Shown in pieces: positions 1 to 13,000 of a DNA stretch of 64,000 bases; the first letter of the stretch is position 1; every line of letters begins with the position of its first letter. The notes beneath the pieces were generated by a model. It was not told the origin of the DNA. It worked only from the letters and a program-made list of their open reading frames with translations, and made no database searches. The stretch comes from Chrysomallon squamiferum (taxonomy: Eukaryota > Animalia > Mollusca), in NCBI GenBank assembly GCA_012295275.1, contig CM022665.1:35526001-35590000 (forward strand), in the 5' to 3' direction. The position numbers were made by a program, and so were the translations under genes.

Positions 1-1324
1 CATAACCAAGATTGTGAAAAAAATAAATAATAATATTAACAAAATAAAACAAAAACAAAAATTGTAAACCCAACAACAAATACAACAACAAACGAATAAT
101 AAAACACATGAAATTATATATGGAGTTTTAAAGCATTGTACAGTAATATATGCAAGTGGATTTTGAACTGCTCGAGTTAAGATGTTTTATTCATGTTATG
201 AACATAACTGCCCATGATAGAAAATGTTGATTTTAACACAATCTTGCCAAAAACCTTTCTGACGTAATTGTACTTTTTGGTGATGATAATAAGTTCTTCA
301 GAAACTATTGTTAATTTGTTCTGATCGCGATAAAACATATTAAATTATTCGAAATTCAAATCAGTATCGCATCACAAACTCTTTATGCTTCGGTTATTCA
401 CTTTGCCATGTAACATTTATCTTTCAGTTTGGAATATTAAATTTAAACAAATTGTAATTTTGTTCTGTTAGCTCAAAGAGATTTTGTTGAGAATATTCAA
501 GCGATCGATCAGCTTTCAAAACAAGCACAAACAAAATAGACACAACATATACAAACGTAAAAACTTAAACACAAATATATTTACAAACACACAGTTACAT
601 ATGTACACGCAAGCACTCACAACATACATACATTCAACATACACAGCTAAACGAAGGTCTCTCACAAACACACAAACACACGCGAAAACACAGATTACAA
701 CATATTAAAATTAAGCTAACTCAAACTCATACACAACTACAAATAATAAATGCTGAAGTTTTATTTTACATTCTTTTTTGTTGCTATAAATAAATCAAAT
801 CAAATACCCGCTCCCCCAAAAAAAAATGACTTTTTGCCAAATATCTTATTTTCTTTTCTTTTAATTTTAAAAAAAATCTTCGAAAACGATTCTGCAATTT
901 TTTTCTTTAAAGAAACAAACTTTTTATAAAGTGAAAACAAATGAACATCAAAGTGACTCCAAAATATTATCTAATAAATATACAGTGTGACATGCATTAA
1001 TGCTACTTTATCAAAAAAATAAAATAAAATAAAAAAAAGTAAAAAAAAAAAAATTTACATCTAAACCTAATCGGATATGTTTAAGAATTTATCAAATAAA
1101 ATAAATATGTTATTTCCTGGCTTAAACATTTAAATTTCGTTTTGACAGATATTCTTAGCAAACAATGAAGACAACTCACTGGCAGAAATATGTATTATTT
1201 TTGGTAAAAACGTTCACAAATAATCGATCTTTGAAATTCATTTCATGCTTGTCAAGAATCAACAGTTAAAAGCATCCCTAACAAAATTATGTATTTTAAG
1301 AGAAAAAGTAATTTGTCAGATCTT

Positions 1325-1466
1325 CTGCAGAGGAAGTTAATATTAGCTGGTAAGGAAACAACACCAGCGTTTATTAATGCTTTAGTCAGATATATCGTTC
1401 ATGTTATTAGATCATGTTAAATGTGGAATGGCTTTGTATCTTAATAGAGAGAAATAAAATTAACAG
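1325..1466. repeat. ~140-bp dispersed direct repeat, copy 1
   Basis: CTGCAGAGGAAGTTAATATTAGCTGGTAAGGAAACAACACCAGCGTTTATTAATG...ATCATGTTAAATGTGGAATGGCTTTGT...AAATTAACA aligns colinearly with 5025-5159. Confidence 0.88.
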
Positions 1467-1789
1467 AAATAACTGCTACCAAACGGTTAAACCTGTTACC
1501 AAATCCGTTAAATATATTATATAAAAAAAAATCTTTTGCCAAAGCCATTAAAATAGAACAAGATATTAAAACCACGTTATTAATTATACTGAATCTACCA
1601 ATAACACTGAATATGGTACTATGACCTCTGAATTTGCTGTTAAGATGGCGACATGTTTTACATCATTACTGAAGGCAACTGATTATTTACCAAGTCTTCA
1701 GATTAAGCCAGTGAAAACAGTGAACATGTATTATTAGAATTTTTGAACACGTTACTAAGTACACTGGTTCTATCACCAAGATCAGTGAA

Positions 1790-1791
<2 letters not shown>

Positions 1792-1841
<50 letters not shown>
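1792..1841. repeat. (ATT)n microsatellite
   Basis: Pure ATT run. Confidence 0.95.
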
Positions 1842-1844
<3 letters not shown>

Positions 1845-2150
1845 TTTTATTTTTTTTCAGAAAACCTGACTATATTACCAAGTCCGCAGAACTGTTTTTA
1901 CCAGGTCTTTAATAAATCTCAAGTATGTTGTTAAGATCACCTAATTTATTACCATTACTACAGAATGTACTCTCAAGCACTTGAATTTATTATCACCAAT
2001 TATGCATCCTATACCGTATATCACGTTAGAGTATATATTAATAACAATTGTATGACGTAATATCAATAAACAGCACATCTCGTATACATTAGTAAAGATT
2101 ATAACAGGAAAAGTGTATGACGTATACAACAAAAAGTATATTTGACGTAC

Positions 2151-2332
2151 CGCGTGTAATATTTTCTTGACTCTTGATACGTGACAGTCAATGACAATTC
2201 TGTACTGTGCGTTTTCTTTCAGTTCTTTGAACAAGTTGACGTAGTCATCATTAATTGTCTGCAACTTCCGTATTGTGATTCTAGCCTCGCCCATTTCCGG
2301 TGCCTTCAGCACTTCCTGCAGTCTTGTTAATC
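2151..2332 (-). CDS. GRIK: GRIK coding exon 4
   Basis: ccag|GA TTA ACA AGA CTG CAG GAA ... CAC GCG|gtacgt; 182 nt, phase 1-0. Encodes GLTRLQEVLKAP...YRIVIDCHVSRVKKILHA, within ORF 1941..2351. Confidence 0.95.
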
Positions 2333-5300
2333 CTGGACCAATCAAATTCAAGGCAACACAATTATTATAAATTTAGATTTAGATTTCTTTCTTTCCTTTT
2401 TAATTTCAGAAAGAAAAATCGATGTTAAGTTTTTATTTTTATTTTTTGTGTTTTTCGTTAGTTTTTAAGTGACCTAAAAACACGAATTATTTGTTAAAAT
2501 TGATAGAATTAAATTTTCAAATGTTTTATGGCGTTGTAACGATTTTTCTCTTCCTATTATTCCCTCTTCACGTTTCGAAAAATTTAAAAAAAAATTATTA
2601 TATTTTTCTTGAAATTGTTACACCAGCTTCTTTGGTAATTGTTCGAGTTTTCGGTGATGGTTATAGAAATGTTTTAAAGGAAATGTGGTGCTATGATTCA
2701 TCAACATCAAAAAACATCAGCAGAATTCACTTTAATTTGTATATCTCTGCTGTTATTTGGATAAGGATTTCTTTAAGTTTGCAAATCTGTGAATAAAAAA
2801 AGAAATAACATAGAAAACTCTTTGTAAATTAGTTTTCATTATAACTTCTCTTTACTGCACTTAGTCTAATCTTTTGAGAACAAATAAATATTATCTTAAT
2901 TATTTTCTCTTCATAACACTTAGCCTAATCTTTAGAGAATACATTTCAGCTTGTTTTATCTTGTCAACGAAGACATATGATACATTGAAACCGCAAATAA
3001 ACGAAAACAGTGTTATATTGCAAGACAAACCATTAGACAACATCGATCATGTTTTCATATTGAAATTTTTTTTTCTGTTCTCTTACTCTTCGGAGCGTCT
3101 GTTTTCAATTATCTTGGTCATTTGGTAGTTATTTTGTAAACCTAGTCAAATTGATACATTAGTGCGTAAATTAGTGGACGGCGCCAACAAGAAGTGGCAG
3201 ATAATTGTCCAGTAGCGTCTCTTAGAAGTGTCTGGTTGGAAACGTAAAGACACTGGTGTACTATTTCGTCTTTGTTATTTACATATGATTAAAATAATGG
3301 ATCAAATTTGGAAAAATAACAGGAAAATTAAATATTACTTCAGAATTTTGCCGAAACATTTTTGTTGATGCTTAATGGTTTAGAAAAAATGATAAAACAG
3401 TATTCGTTGGAACAAAAAGTATTGAAATTTATAATGATGTAAGAATTGGACTGGGTATGAAAATCATTGAAAATGTAATTATAATTATCAAAAGTCTGAT
3501 GTACCAGCGTACCTTCATTATCTTCATACAACAAAGCGAACCTATCCCATTTCCAAAACCGGACCATATCTCTATAGGCCTGTCCCAAAGTGAGATAGTG
3601 TGGGTACAGACTGATTGAGTAATAGTCTCTGCTGTCACGTGGATCCCAGTGCCATTGTAGATGGGGAATCTCGAACGCCGTGCACATCGACTGCACGTGT
3701 GCTGCTGACAGTGACGACACCGGCCCGAATATGGCGGCAACTCCCTGCTGCACCATGCGACATACTGGAAAAGACACAATGAAATGGAATTATTTAGTTG
3801 AATATAGCAACATGTTTGAGGATGACAGTGCAGTTTAATATGCTTTTATGTAACAATGAAACTGTAATCTTATGTATTATCAATGATCTATTTCTTATCC
3901 AGAACCCCTGAAATGTTTGAGTATACTCTGATTTTAATAAGTCTTGAAATGTTTGAGTATTATCTGATTTTGATAAGTTATCGTAGTAGATAATCATTGT
4001 TGTTGTTTTAATTTTATTATTATTGTCATTTCTGGTTCTATTCGATTTTTCTTTTTTTCTAAATTTAGTTTGTTTTTGCATGAATATTTGTGTTATATTA
4101 TATTATTTATTTATTTGTTTATTTTGTACATAAGAAGAAACGTAAGCTTTTATTATAAAAGCTTTTTTCATTTTAACCAATAACTTCGTTAAATAAACAA
4201 GTTTTCATGTTCGTATGTTTATTATGACTAATTATCTACATAGGTTTGAATTACCTCTAATTTTATTACAGAAAAAGAGCTTTAGCAAAACAAAATTCCA
4301 ACAAATTAAGTTCAAGAAAAAAAATAAAAGTAAAAGAAAATAATGGAGAGTGTTGTTTACTCTGATTATTGTTGTAATTACATATAAACACATGCTGCGA
4401 TATTCCAACAGGAGTTTATTTATTTATTTAGTTTAATTATGTTTTATCTTTTTAAGTTATTTATTCAACCTATCCAGCACACATGTTTTTGCAGGAAAGA
4501 TAAAAAATTATTACATACTGTGACTTTCCAAGAGGCATTTATTATTTTTAATTTTCATCATTTGTTTTTGTTACGTACTTCATATAATAATATTATTATT
4601 TTTTACGTGGGGAAGTTGAATCGCAGGCTGTATAACGAGTTAAACTACGTCCTGTTTGGTAACTAGAGGAGATTTTTCGAAGGACTCCTAGGGTTTCAGT
4701 AAACTTACTGACGCCAGTCCACGTCATCGGTAATTATCCTGAGGGAAAAGTGGAACGCATTCTAAGATCACAAACAAGAGGAGTTATGTCCCTTGAGATA
4801 CGATGGAATGATTTAGACTAGAGATTAAACGACAAGGTCGCCATAGACGGATTGAAAAGATAGATACATAAACATACTTACAGGTGGGAAAAAAAAAAAA
4901 AAAAAAAAATTAAACAAACAAAGAAAGGACAGTTATACTGATGAACGGAGAATGTATCTTTAAATGAGTACAAATTGAATATTTGTGGTGTTTTCAAATG
5001 TTTTACATTCAATTAAACAAATACCTGCCGAGGAAGTTAACATTAGCTAGTAAAGGAAACAACACCAGAGTTTATTAATGGTTTATTTAGATACAGCGTT
5101 CACATCATGTGAAATGTGGAATGGCTTCGTGTTTTAAGACAGAAAAAATTAAATTAACAAAACAATTTGGAACAACATGATACAGAATCATATCATTTAT
5201 ACCAGGTATCAAAATAATTAAAATGAAAGCAGGTATAAAAATCATTACAGCTTTATAATAATAGCAATTTGTGTCTTTGACAATCTATCAGGTATTAGCA

Positions 5301-8300
5301 TAAAAAACGTATCAATAAAATAACATTCATTCACTTATTTATAATTTCATTCTTTCATTATGTCTATCTGTCCGTCTGTCTGACTGTCTATACTGATTCG
5401 ACTGTTCTTAGCGTACATTTTTTCGATCAAACAAACAAGAACCCTGTAAAATCAAATGTTTCTCTATCTCAGCAAATTCTGCTAAACAAACATGTTGTCG
5501 TGTTACGGAATACGTCCCAGGTGTTTTTGATCAGTCATCTTCACGATCAAAGATGTGTAAGAAAATAACATACACTCTGCTTGATTGCACTAAATTACGT
5601 TTCTGAAATTCTGTTTCAGCAGTTTTTATTTAAGCAAAGACTCCGCTGGTGGAATGGTGGCAATAACTAATCTAAATTTCAGTTAAACGAAATCTAGCAG
5701 AGCTGTGTTTTAAAGGAAATAACACACTATACGACACGAAAGGTGTCATACAGTTTAGAATATATTATTTATAAATCGTTATCCATCATTTAAATATGTT
5801 AGATGATTCGGAAGCAGACATCTGGCAAAGAAAATGTTATATGTCATCACTGCTATAACTACAATCAATATGTAGCAAGGGATTTTAATCTACACAGGAC
5901 TAACGTTCAAACTGTTCTTACATGTCTCTCTGACTATAGTTCAGTAGGATCAGACATCTGTGTTACAGAAAGCTATATTTGATATTAGTATATGAGATAA
6001 TTTCTGATTTAAAAAATACTTTTCATATAATGTATTTATTTATTTATTTTTTATTTTCATCTGTTTATCACACAACTAAAAGGGAAATTGTTGTCGCATA
6101 ACAAATATTACCTAATATCAAAATAATTTATTACTAATACTGAGCGTTGTAAGCATGGCAGAATGTCGTCAGCTGAAAAATAAATGAACCACCAAATAGT
6201 GCAGTAATAACATTATTGTAAAAAATAAAATAAAACGTGAATTTAATGACCTTTAAACTCAATTAGCTTTTATATAACGTCTCCAAGTTGTGGGTGAAAT
6301 GTCGAAATGGTCATTATATGTATCGCAATGACAAATAATATCAAGTGTAACAAAGAGCGCTCATCACACTAATTCACTAATTGAGTCGGGTCGACAGCTC
6401 CATCCCTGATACGAAAACATTCTTCAATTCGTCAACAAACATACGAACACGTTAGCTAATCAAAGCATCAATACGCCAAAATAGAAGAAATAAAAAATCA
6501 ACTTTCTTTTACGATAAGTCTTCGTTCGCTTCGAGTTCCACGTCCAATTTAATGCTTGCTGCCAGCCAATCAAGAGTCCAGAATGGTGCCGTTATCCGTT
6601 ACGGTACTGTCGCAATTTATTTTACCGGTCTCCATAGCGCGCCATTGAATACTGAGGCACCTTTTCCACTCCACCAGACGCGAACCGTCTGCCTGGTCAA
6701 TAAAGATGGTTAAATACTCGAAGAGTGGGGGAAAAAAAAGAAAAGAAAAAAAGTTGCGATATCAAACCATTTCGCGATGTCCAGCAAAGCTCTCGATCAT
6801 CAATATTCTTTTGCCGTTCTAACGACGATGAAAGCTGTTTGAAAATCTCAAATTGATTTCTGCGACTTCTGTACACACGGGAAATGAAAACTAGCACTTG
6901 CAGACGTCTTTTTCCAGTCAAGGGGTGTACATAAATACACCGCAAGTGGCCATTCCTTCTGAAAACACGGCCAGGAAATTCCTCTAATTGATACCATAAC
7001 GAGTTTATTTATACTCGAGAATGCAATATGCTTGTTGAAGGAAGTTTTATTTAGGCTATACAAAAATCTTTCACTTGGGATCACATGTCTGATAATAATT
7101 ATGTTTGCGTACATGCGTAGAACATTTTTTATCGATGCAAGAAGATGGTTGGATTTGGTATATGCGTTCTTCGAAAGAAGACGTTTTGTCTATATTGAAG
7201 ATTCAAAACACAGCTAGACCTATTTTCATAATGTGTTATTTGAAAATAACGATGAACAGGTTTCAATTAATTAGTGAGACAATAGTAATATTTTAAGATT
7301 AACGTAAAGCAGTAACATAAGTTTGCTAAAAAGGTGAATATATAAATGTGGGGTTACTATTAAATGTTACAAAATAAAAATATATTAAAGTCAATATATG
7401 TACATCAATATATACGAGCGAGAGCATGTACGTGTGTGAATTTTTGAGTATTTACGCGTGTGTGTATTTGCTTAAAATGATTTATTGATCAAATTCAAAA
7501 GTAAACAGTAAAGATACTGTACGGTTTAATTTATTCTTCAGTCATTAAAAATAATACTGACATTCAGAGATTCAAACAAATGATTACAGTTATCATTTTA
7601 TACATGTATAGTTTAGTTTTATACTTTATAAATATATTGGTATATACTGACACATTTTTATAGTGATATGCTTGCTATATGTCTGGACATAGATCAATAA
7701 ACTTTTTGTTTTCATTATTCCGTAGTCAAACATATAGCCAAACAATTAATCAACGTAAGAGCTCGGATCAGATGGTGATGTTAACATATTCATTAATCGT
7801 ATCTTGTAACCCCAAAAGTAAGTGCAATCTAGTCTGAACTTCTGATTCTCAAATTAAAAAAAGAAAAGAAAGAAGAATAACGAGTCTCGGCCATTGTGAG
7901 AAACCGCAAAATTGCGACAAATGTGTTTTGTATTCTCTAAAAATCTCTCAGATCGATTTCTTGATTTAAACAGAAATTGTTTTTTTCTTACACTAACCTA
8001 AAAAATCAAAGTAAATGAATTTTAGGGGATTGTCTCGTCCTAACATTTGTAGATGACACTGACAAATAGGTCGAACAATGAGTGGCAATCGTCGAGTAAA
8101 AAAGTATTTTTAATGCGATTGGTGTTCTCTGCGGTTTGTCAGTGAGGCTTCCGTGGGACCTCTCCTTTCTATCAAATCTATGACATTGATCCGTTATCAG
8201 ATAACTAATTAATTTAGGAGAGAAACAATCGTCACGACTTTAACCAAGCAAAGGAATCGTGAGGTTACTGGACCATCACTGTGACATGAAATGTACGACC

Positions 8301-9099
8301 ATGGTAACATTTCTACACTTAAAGAATACTTCAGAAAGAAGGTCAGTCTATCTGTTGTTGTTGAAAACGTACGGAAAAAAGAGAAAGACGAAGTGCTATC
8401 GCGGATTAATCCTCTCTCTAATATGGATTCTTTTTCTCTTTTAAACTGGCGCAGTCGCTATCCACGTTGTCACATGCGTGTAGAAATTGAATTAGGACCG
8501 ACTTTCGTGGTGACGGTTTTAGTGAATACGCTAATGATTTCTTTTTGATTCAGTTAGTCCTGGAGAGAAAGGACGAACAGCCAGCACAAAGTTGTAATGA
8601 CTAGAAGAGAAAAGGAATCTCAAATTAATGTTGCTTTTGGGATTTCGCTTACTGATGTCTTCAGAACGAACTTTAGCAGTCACTTTTAAAACAATTGAAA
8701 TGCATTGGTTTTACTTTTACTTTTATGTGTGCGTGTACCCTGTTCAGTGTATGTATCTCCCTTTTTGTTTCTTAACCGAGCTGCTTATTCCTGCTCTTTA
8801 TTTTTCTTTATGCATTGAGTGTGTTATAATTGCTACAGTATACATTAACTGTTATAAAGGTAAATACCTTTTCTCTGTGCCCCAAAGCTGTCTTGTGGCT
8901 GAACTTCCTGGTTGTCCGGAAGTACGAGCGTCTGTCCAAGAATTCCTGTTCGCAAGTTAATCTTCTCCACTGCCCAGTCGAACGCTTGTCTTTGACCATC
9001 GTGTTCCGGCTCAAAGAGAGCACCTGCAAGTAATCACAGAGTCAAATTATTAGTAATTACTTACCAAGACCTCGAGTTAAATATATACGATATATATAC

Positions 9100-9134
<35 letters not shown>

Positions 9135-9952
9135 GAGATAGATAAAAGAGAGAGAGAGAGAGAGTACATTAATCATTTGCGGAAGCTTTTTCGTAATTGA
9201 TAATACGTAATATTTAAAATGTTAGCATTGTTATATAATACCCTAATGATATTTCGAAGAATTTGTTTTATGTTACAAGTCGAAACTTTAAGTAGGAAAG
9301 TTAAAATACTCTTGTGCCTATTTTCTGGAGAGTCTGTGTTAACGAATAATTCTGTGTTATTTATTAATTGTTTCTTTAAATCGCGTAAACAGAATGCGCC
9401 TTTTGCTCAGACATGTTGCTGTGTGTGTTTAATGCGATTGTCATCGACGCCAAACACGTTAGACCACGCAATGTAACACATCCACACCTAGTTGGTGAGG
9501 AATCGATTCTCTGAGAGCGTTAAATAACGCCTATCCAGCCCTACTTATCGATCCACCGCCACAGCTTGTGCTGCTGATAATCCAATTCACTGAGAAGTGC
9601 AAACTTTGCAATATATAGATATGTCAAAACGGGAGCATCGCGCAAATCTCCAGTCTTTCTGAAACGCTTCACTGACGTCCAGAAAGCTAGACACAATGGT
9701 GGAACAAATTACAAGCTAAACCAGTAAACGTGGCCGGCTAGATAGTTTTTTTCATTTGTTCGTTTTGTTTCTTATTGTGTTAGTCGTTTTCGACGTTGTC
9801 TGCTGTGGTATATTAGGTTTGGTGGTTTTAGAAATTTGAATCAAGCTGACAGGGGTTACTGAATTACAGCGAGTATTGTTCCAGTGAACACAAATAGCTT
9901 GACATGTCATGACTAGATGGACGACAGTTATTTTCGCCTATTCTTCTTCTTA

Positions 9953-10010
<58 letters not shown>

Positions 10011-13000
10011 GTTGTTGTTATTGTTATTGTTATTATTATTGTTATTGTTGTTGTTGTTGTTGTGTTGTTTATATTATTATTATTGTCTAATGACTTCCTG
10101 GGGTTGCTAGAACAGAATAATACAAATACTAATTAACAAATTAACTTTTAATCTTATCTATATACGGCTAAGGTTTTACTTAGAACTGTAATCACGTCGC
10201 TGTAAACGTCGAGATCAATGATGTCAGCGATGTTTTCCTAAGACTACTTTCTCTGACATTCATCAATAACGGTACATTCCTGATTTCCTGTCTTGTGACC
10301 ATAACATACTAATGAGAAACATCAACCACAACGACATTCTGGCTGACAACTTGATGAGCACCTGAAGTCTCTCTGCGGTATTCTTTCGCACGTCGCTGTA
10401 AAACAGAACTGGATGACCCTAATTTTGTTTCGTTACAGCCAGTGCAATTTGAAGGGTTTATCAAAAGCTAGTTGTGCTTTCCACGGTCGAAGATACATAT
10501 AAAAGATTCTTTGCTTTTGGTGAAAAAAGAAAAAAAAGTAAAAAAACCGAGGATCTAATCGTATATTTTGGCTCGAATTACTTGTGTCAACCGAAACCAA
10601 AGTTCTTTGGCACCGTATAACCAACCATCAGCTTGAAACAGTTCATGTAAATGAAATTAAAAACACAGTGGTACCTTGACTTACGAGTTTAATTAGTTCC
10701 TTGACCGAGCTCGTAACTCAAATTTGCTCGTATATCAAATCAATTTTCCAAATGAAATGCCATTAATCCGTTCCAACCCTCCAGAGACACCCAAGTTTTC
10801 GTATCGTGTTTTTAAGTAAGACAAATGAATGTATAAATGATAAATATTGTATAAAAACAAAATAAAAGAGAATATAAAGAAATACATTGTACAGGGTTAG
10901 GGTTCTGCATCTTTTTATGGACAGAGGTTTGCAGCTTAGAAATTATTTTAACGCCTGTGGCTGAAGTTACAGCCTTTATTGTCTCCTTCTGCTTCAGTAT
11001 GGTACATATCATAGACGTTCTACGCTCGTACTGCCTAGCCATGTTGACTACATGCACACCTTGCTCATGTTTTTCTATGATTTCATGCTTTAATTCAATG
11101 GACATCATCCGCTTCTTCTTCTCAGCACTGTCCTTTGCACTCAGTTTCTTGGGATCCATGGAAGTCTGGCAAAATACTGCACAAAATGGGAGCACAACAC
11201 AACAGAGATGTTTCCACAGCGAGGTAACCACGTGAAGCAAACGACTGAAAGCGGAATGCTGGGCGGATGTTGTGTTGTTCGTTGCGCCAACTAGTTCATT
11301 TCTCGGATTTTGACTCGCAACTCAAAGCAATAAATCGACCGGGCAGCTTGCTCGTAACTCGGAAAACTCGTAAATTGAGGTACCACTGTATATAGAATTT
11401 GGAAATTAAAGATAATGTCTGCAATATTTTAGACAGGATGAAATCACTAGTGTTGATTAAATCTAACTTGTAATAAGCTTTTCTCAGTCTTTTTATACTC
11501 AAGTTACCATTTAACAAATCAATGCGAGTATGCCATTTTTTGTTCTAAAAGTAACACAAATTTGTCTTACAACGTGTTTCTGTTCTGCATATAAAATAAT
11601 AACGTGCTTGACGTACCCATGAGAGCAGGCAATGTGGTGCTGTTCCCGTGGTTCTCAAAGGGTGTGCCCGGGCGCACTGGTGCGGTAACTAAATATATCA
11701 GTGAACATCTCTCACACAAGGGCGGTAACTCTAAATATATCAGTGAACATCTCTCACACAAGGGCGGTAACTCTAAATATATCAGTGAACATCTCTCACA
11801 GAAGAAAAAACAAACGGTACAGATCCCAGACGAGAACCGTTTGTACGCGAAATGATGAAGAATCTGACATAGATGTAGACAACGAGGATAGACAACCTCG
11901 GCAGCATGCTCCGCAACTGATTCAGCCGCAATACCCTTCTTTCACTTATTTCTGTATTTTTTTACATTTTGTATTATATTTCTTAGCATTTTATGTGTAG
12001 TGTGCCCGCAAAAAAGTTTGAGAACCACTGTGCTATTCTATAGTATGACATAGTTTATAACAATGGAATCATCCTGTATTAAAATCGAACAGCAGAAACA
12101 TCCAGAAACTAATTTAATTCTTGTATCTATTTTTCATGTGTTAGTGAAGACAGTATAGAGCAATACATATCAATAATATGTATCGTAAGTCAGAGGTAAC
12201 ACCAAATTACATAGTTCAGCCACTTTTAAATAAATCACATACTGAAGTCTCAAAGTGCTCATTAGGTGAGACTGTTTTTAAGGCAAGTGGAATTTAGAGT
12301 TAATGAAATTTCTGTGTATAAACTGAGAATATGTTGAATATATTATTAAAACAAACAACAAACAAACAAACAAACAAATAAATATATAATCAAACAAACA
12401 AATAAATAAATAAATTAACTGAACAATAACACGTATAACAAATGGGAGACAACCGACAAATGTAGCATTTTGACATTTATTATGTCCATCTTCATCTAAG
12501 ATTTACAACTAGAGAAAGACACACGTCTTCATGGAAACATGCACACACAATATATATATTTGGTTGGGAGAGATCGCGAGTAAAGTGTGTACAATTGGCT
12601 ATCCATCACGAGGAGCGGGGAGAAATAACACTCTTCTTTGAATGGTCAACAGTGGTTTTGTTTCCTTTTGATTTGTTTGTTCAAACTAATGATCTCTTTG
12701 CTTCATTACCACAAACACGAGTGCCATGATCTTTCTGGCATGAAATAACGACTTTTTAGTTGGTTAAACATCGCCGACGAACCAAGACAGTCACGCGAGA
12801 CTTGATGCTACCGTTATTAACCAGATACACTAAAATAATATTTTATTTTTGTCTAATAAATTCAAAAATGTTTTAAATTTTTTTTACTTGCTTGAAGAAG
12901 ATAACTTTTGTAATAATAGTACAGATAGTTTGGTTTTTGGCGGGTTTTTAAAAATAATATTAGTGACATCAGTAGTGTTTAAATGATTATTGGCTCAAGT

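Noticed and set aside
1-60. Possible next GRIK exon (reads ...FFTIL|GTTATG on the minus strand)
   Set aside because: The upstream codons are low-complexity (LLILLFI), there is no AG acceptor at the expected distance, and the GM/YYHY motif is absent.
1-2150. Q/R RNA-editing site and editing-complementary sequence of kainate receptors
   Set aside because: The pore-loop exon lies far downstream, outside this window, so it cannot be assessed.
1941-3779. Full-length 136-aa and 145-aa ORFs as stand-alone genes
   Set aside because: Only the exon parts are receptor-like; the tails run past GT donors into AT-rich intron.
8808-9029. 73-aa minus-strand ORF and overlapping plus-strand ORFs
   Set aside because: They are wrong-frame or antisense shadows of GRIK exon 2 (8868-9023).
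9910-9932. miR-279-family-like start TGACTAGAT
   Set aside because: Only the seed region matches, and there is no complementary star arm upstream.
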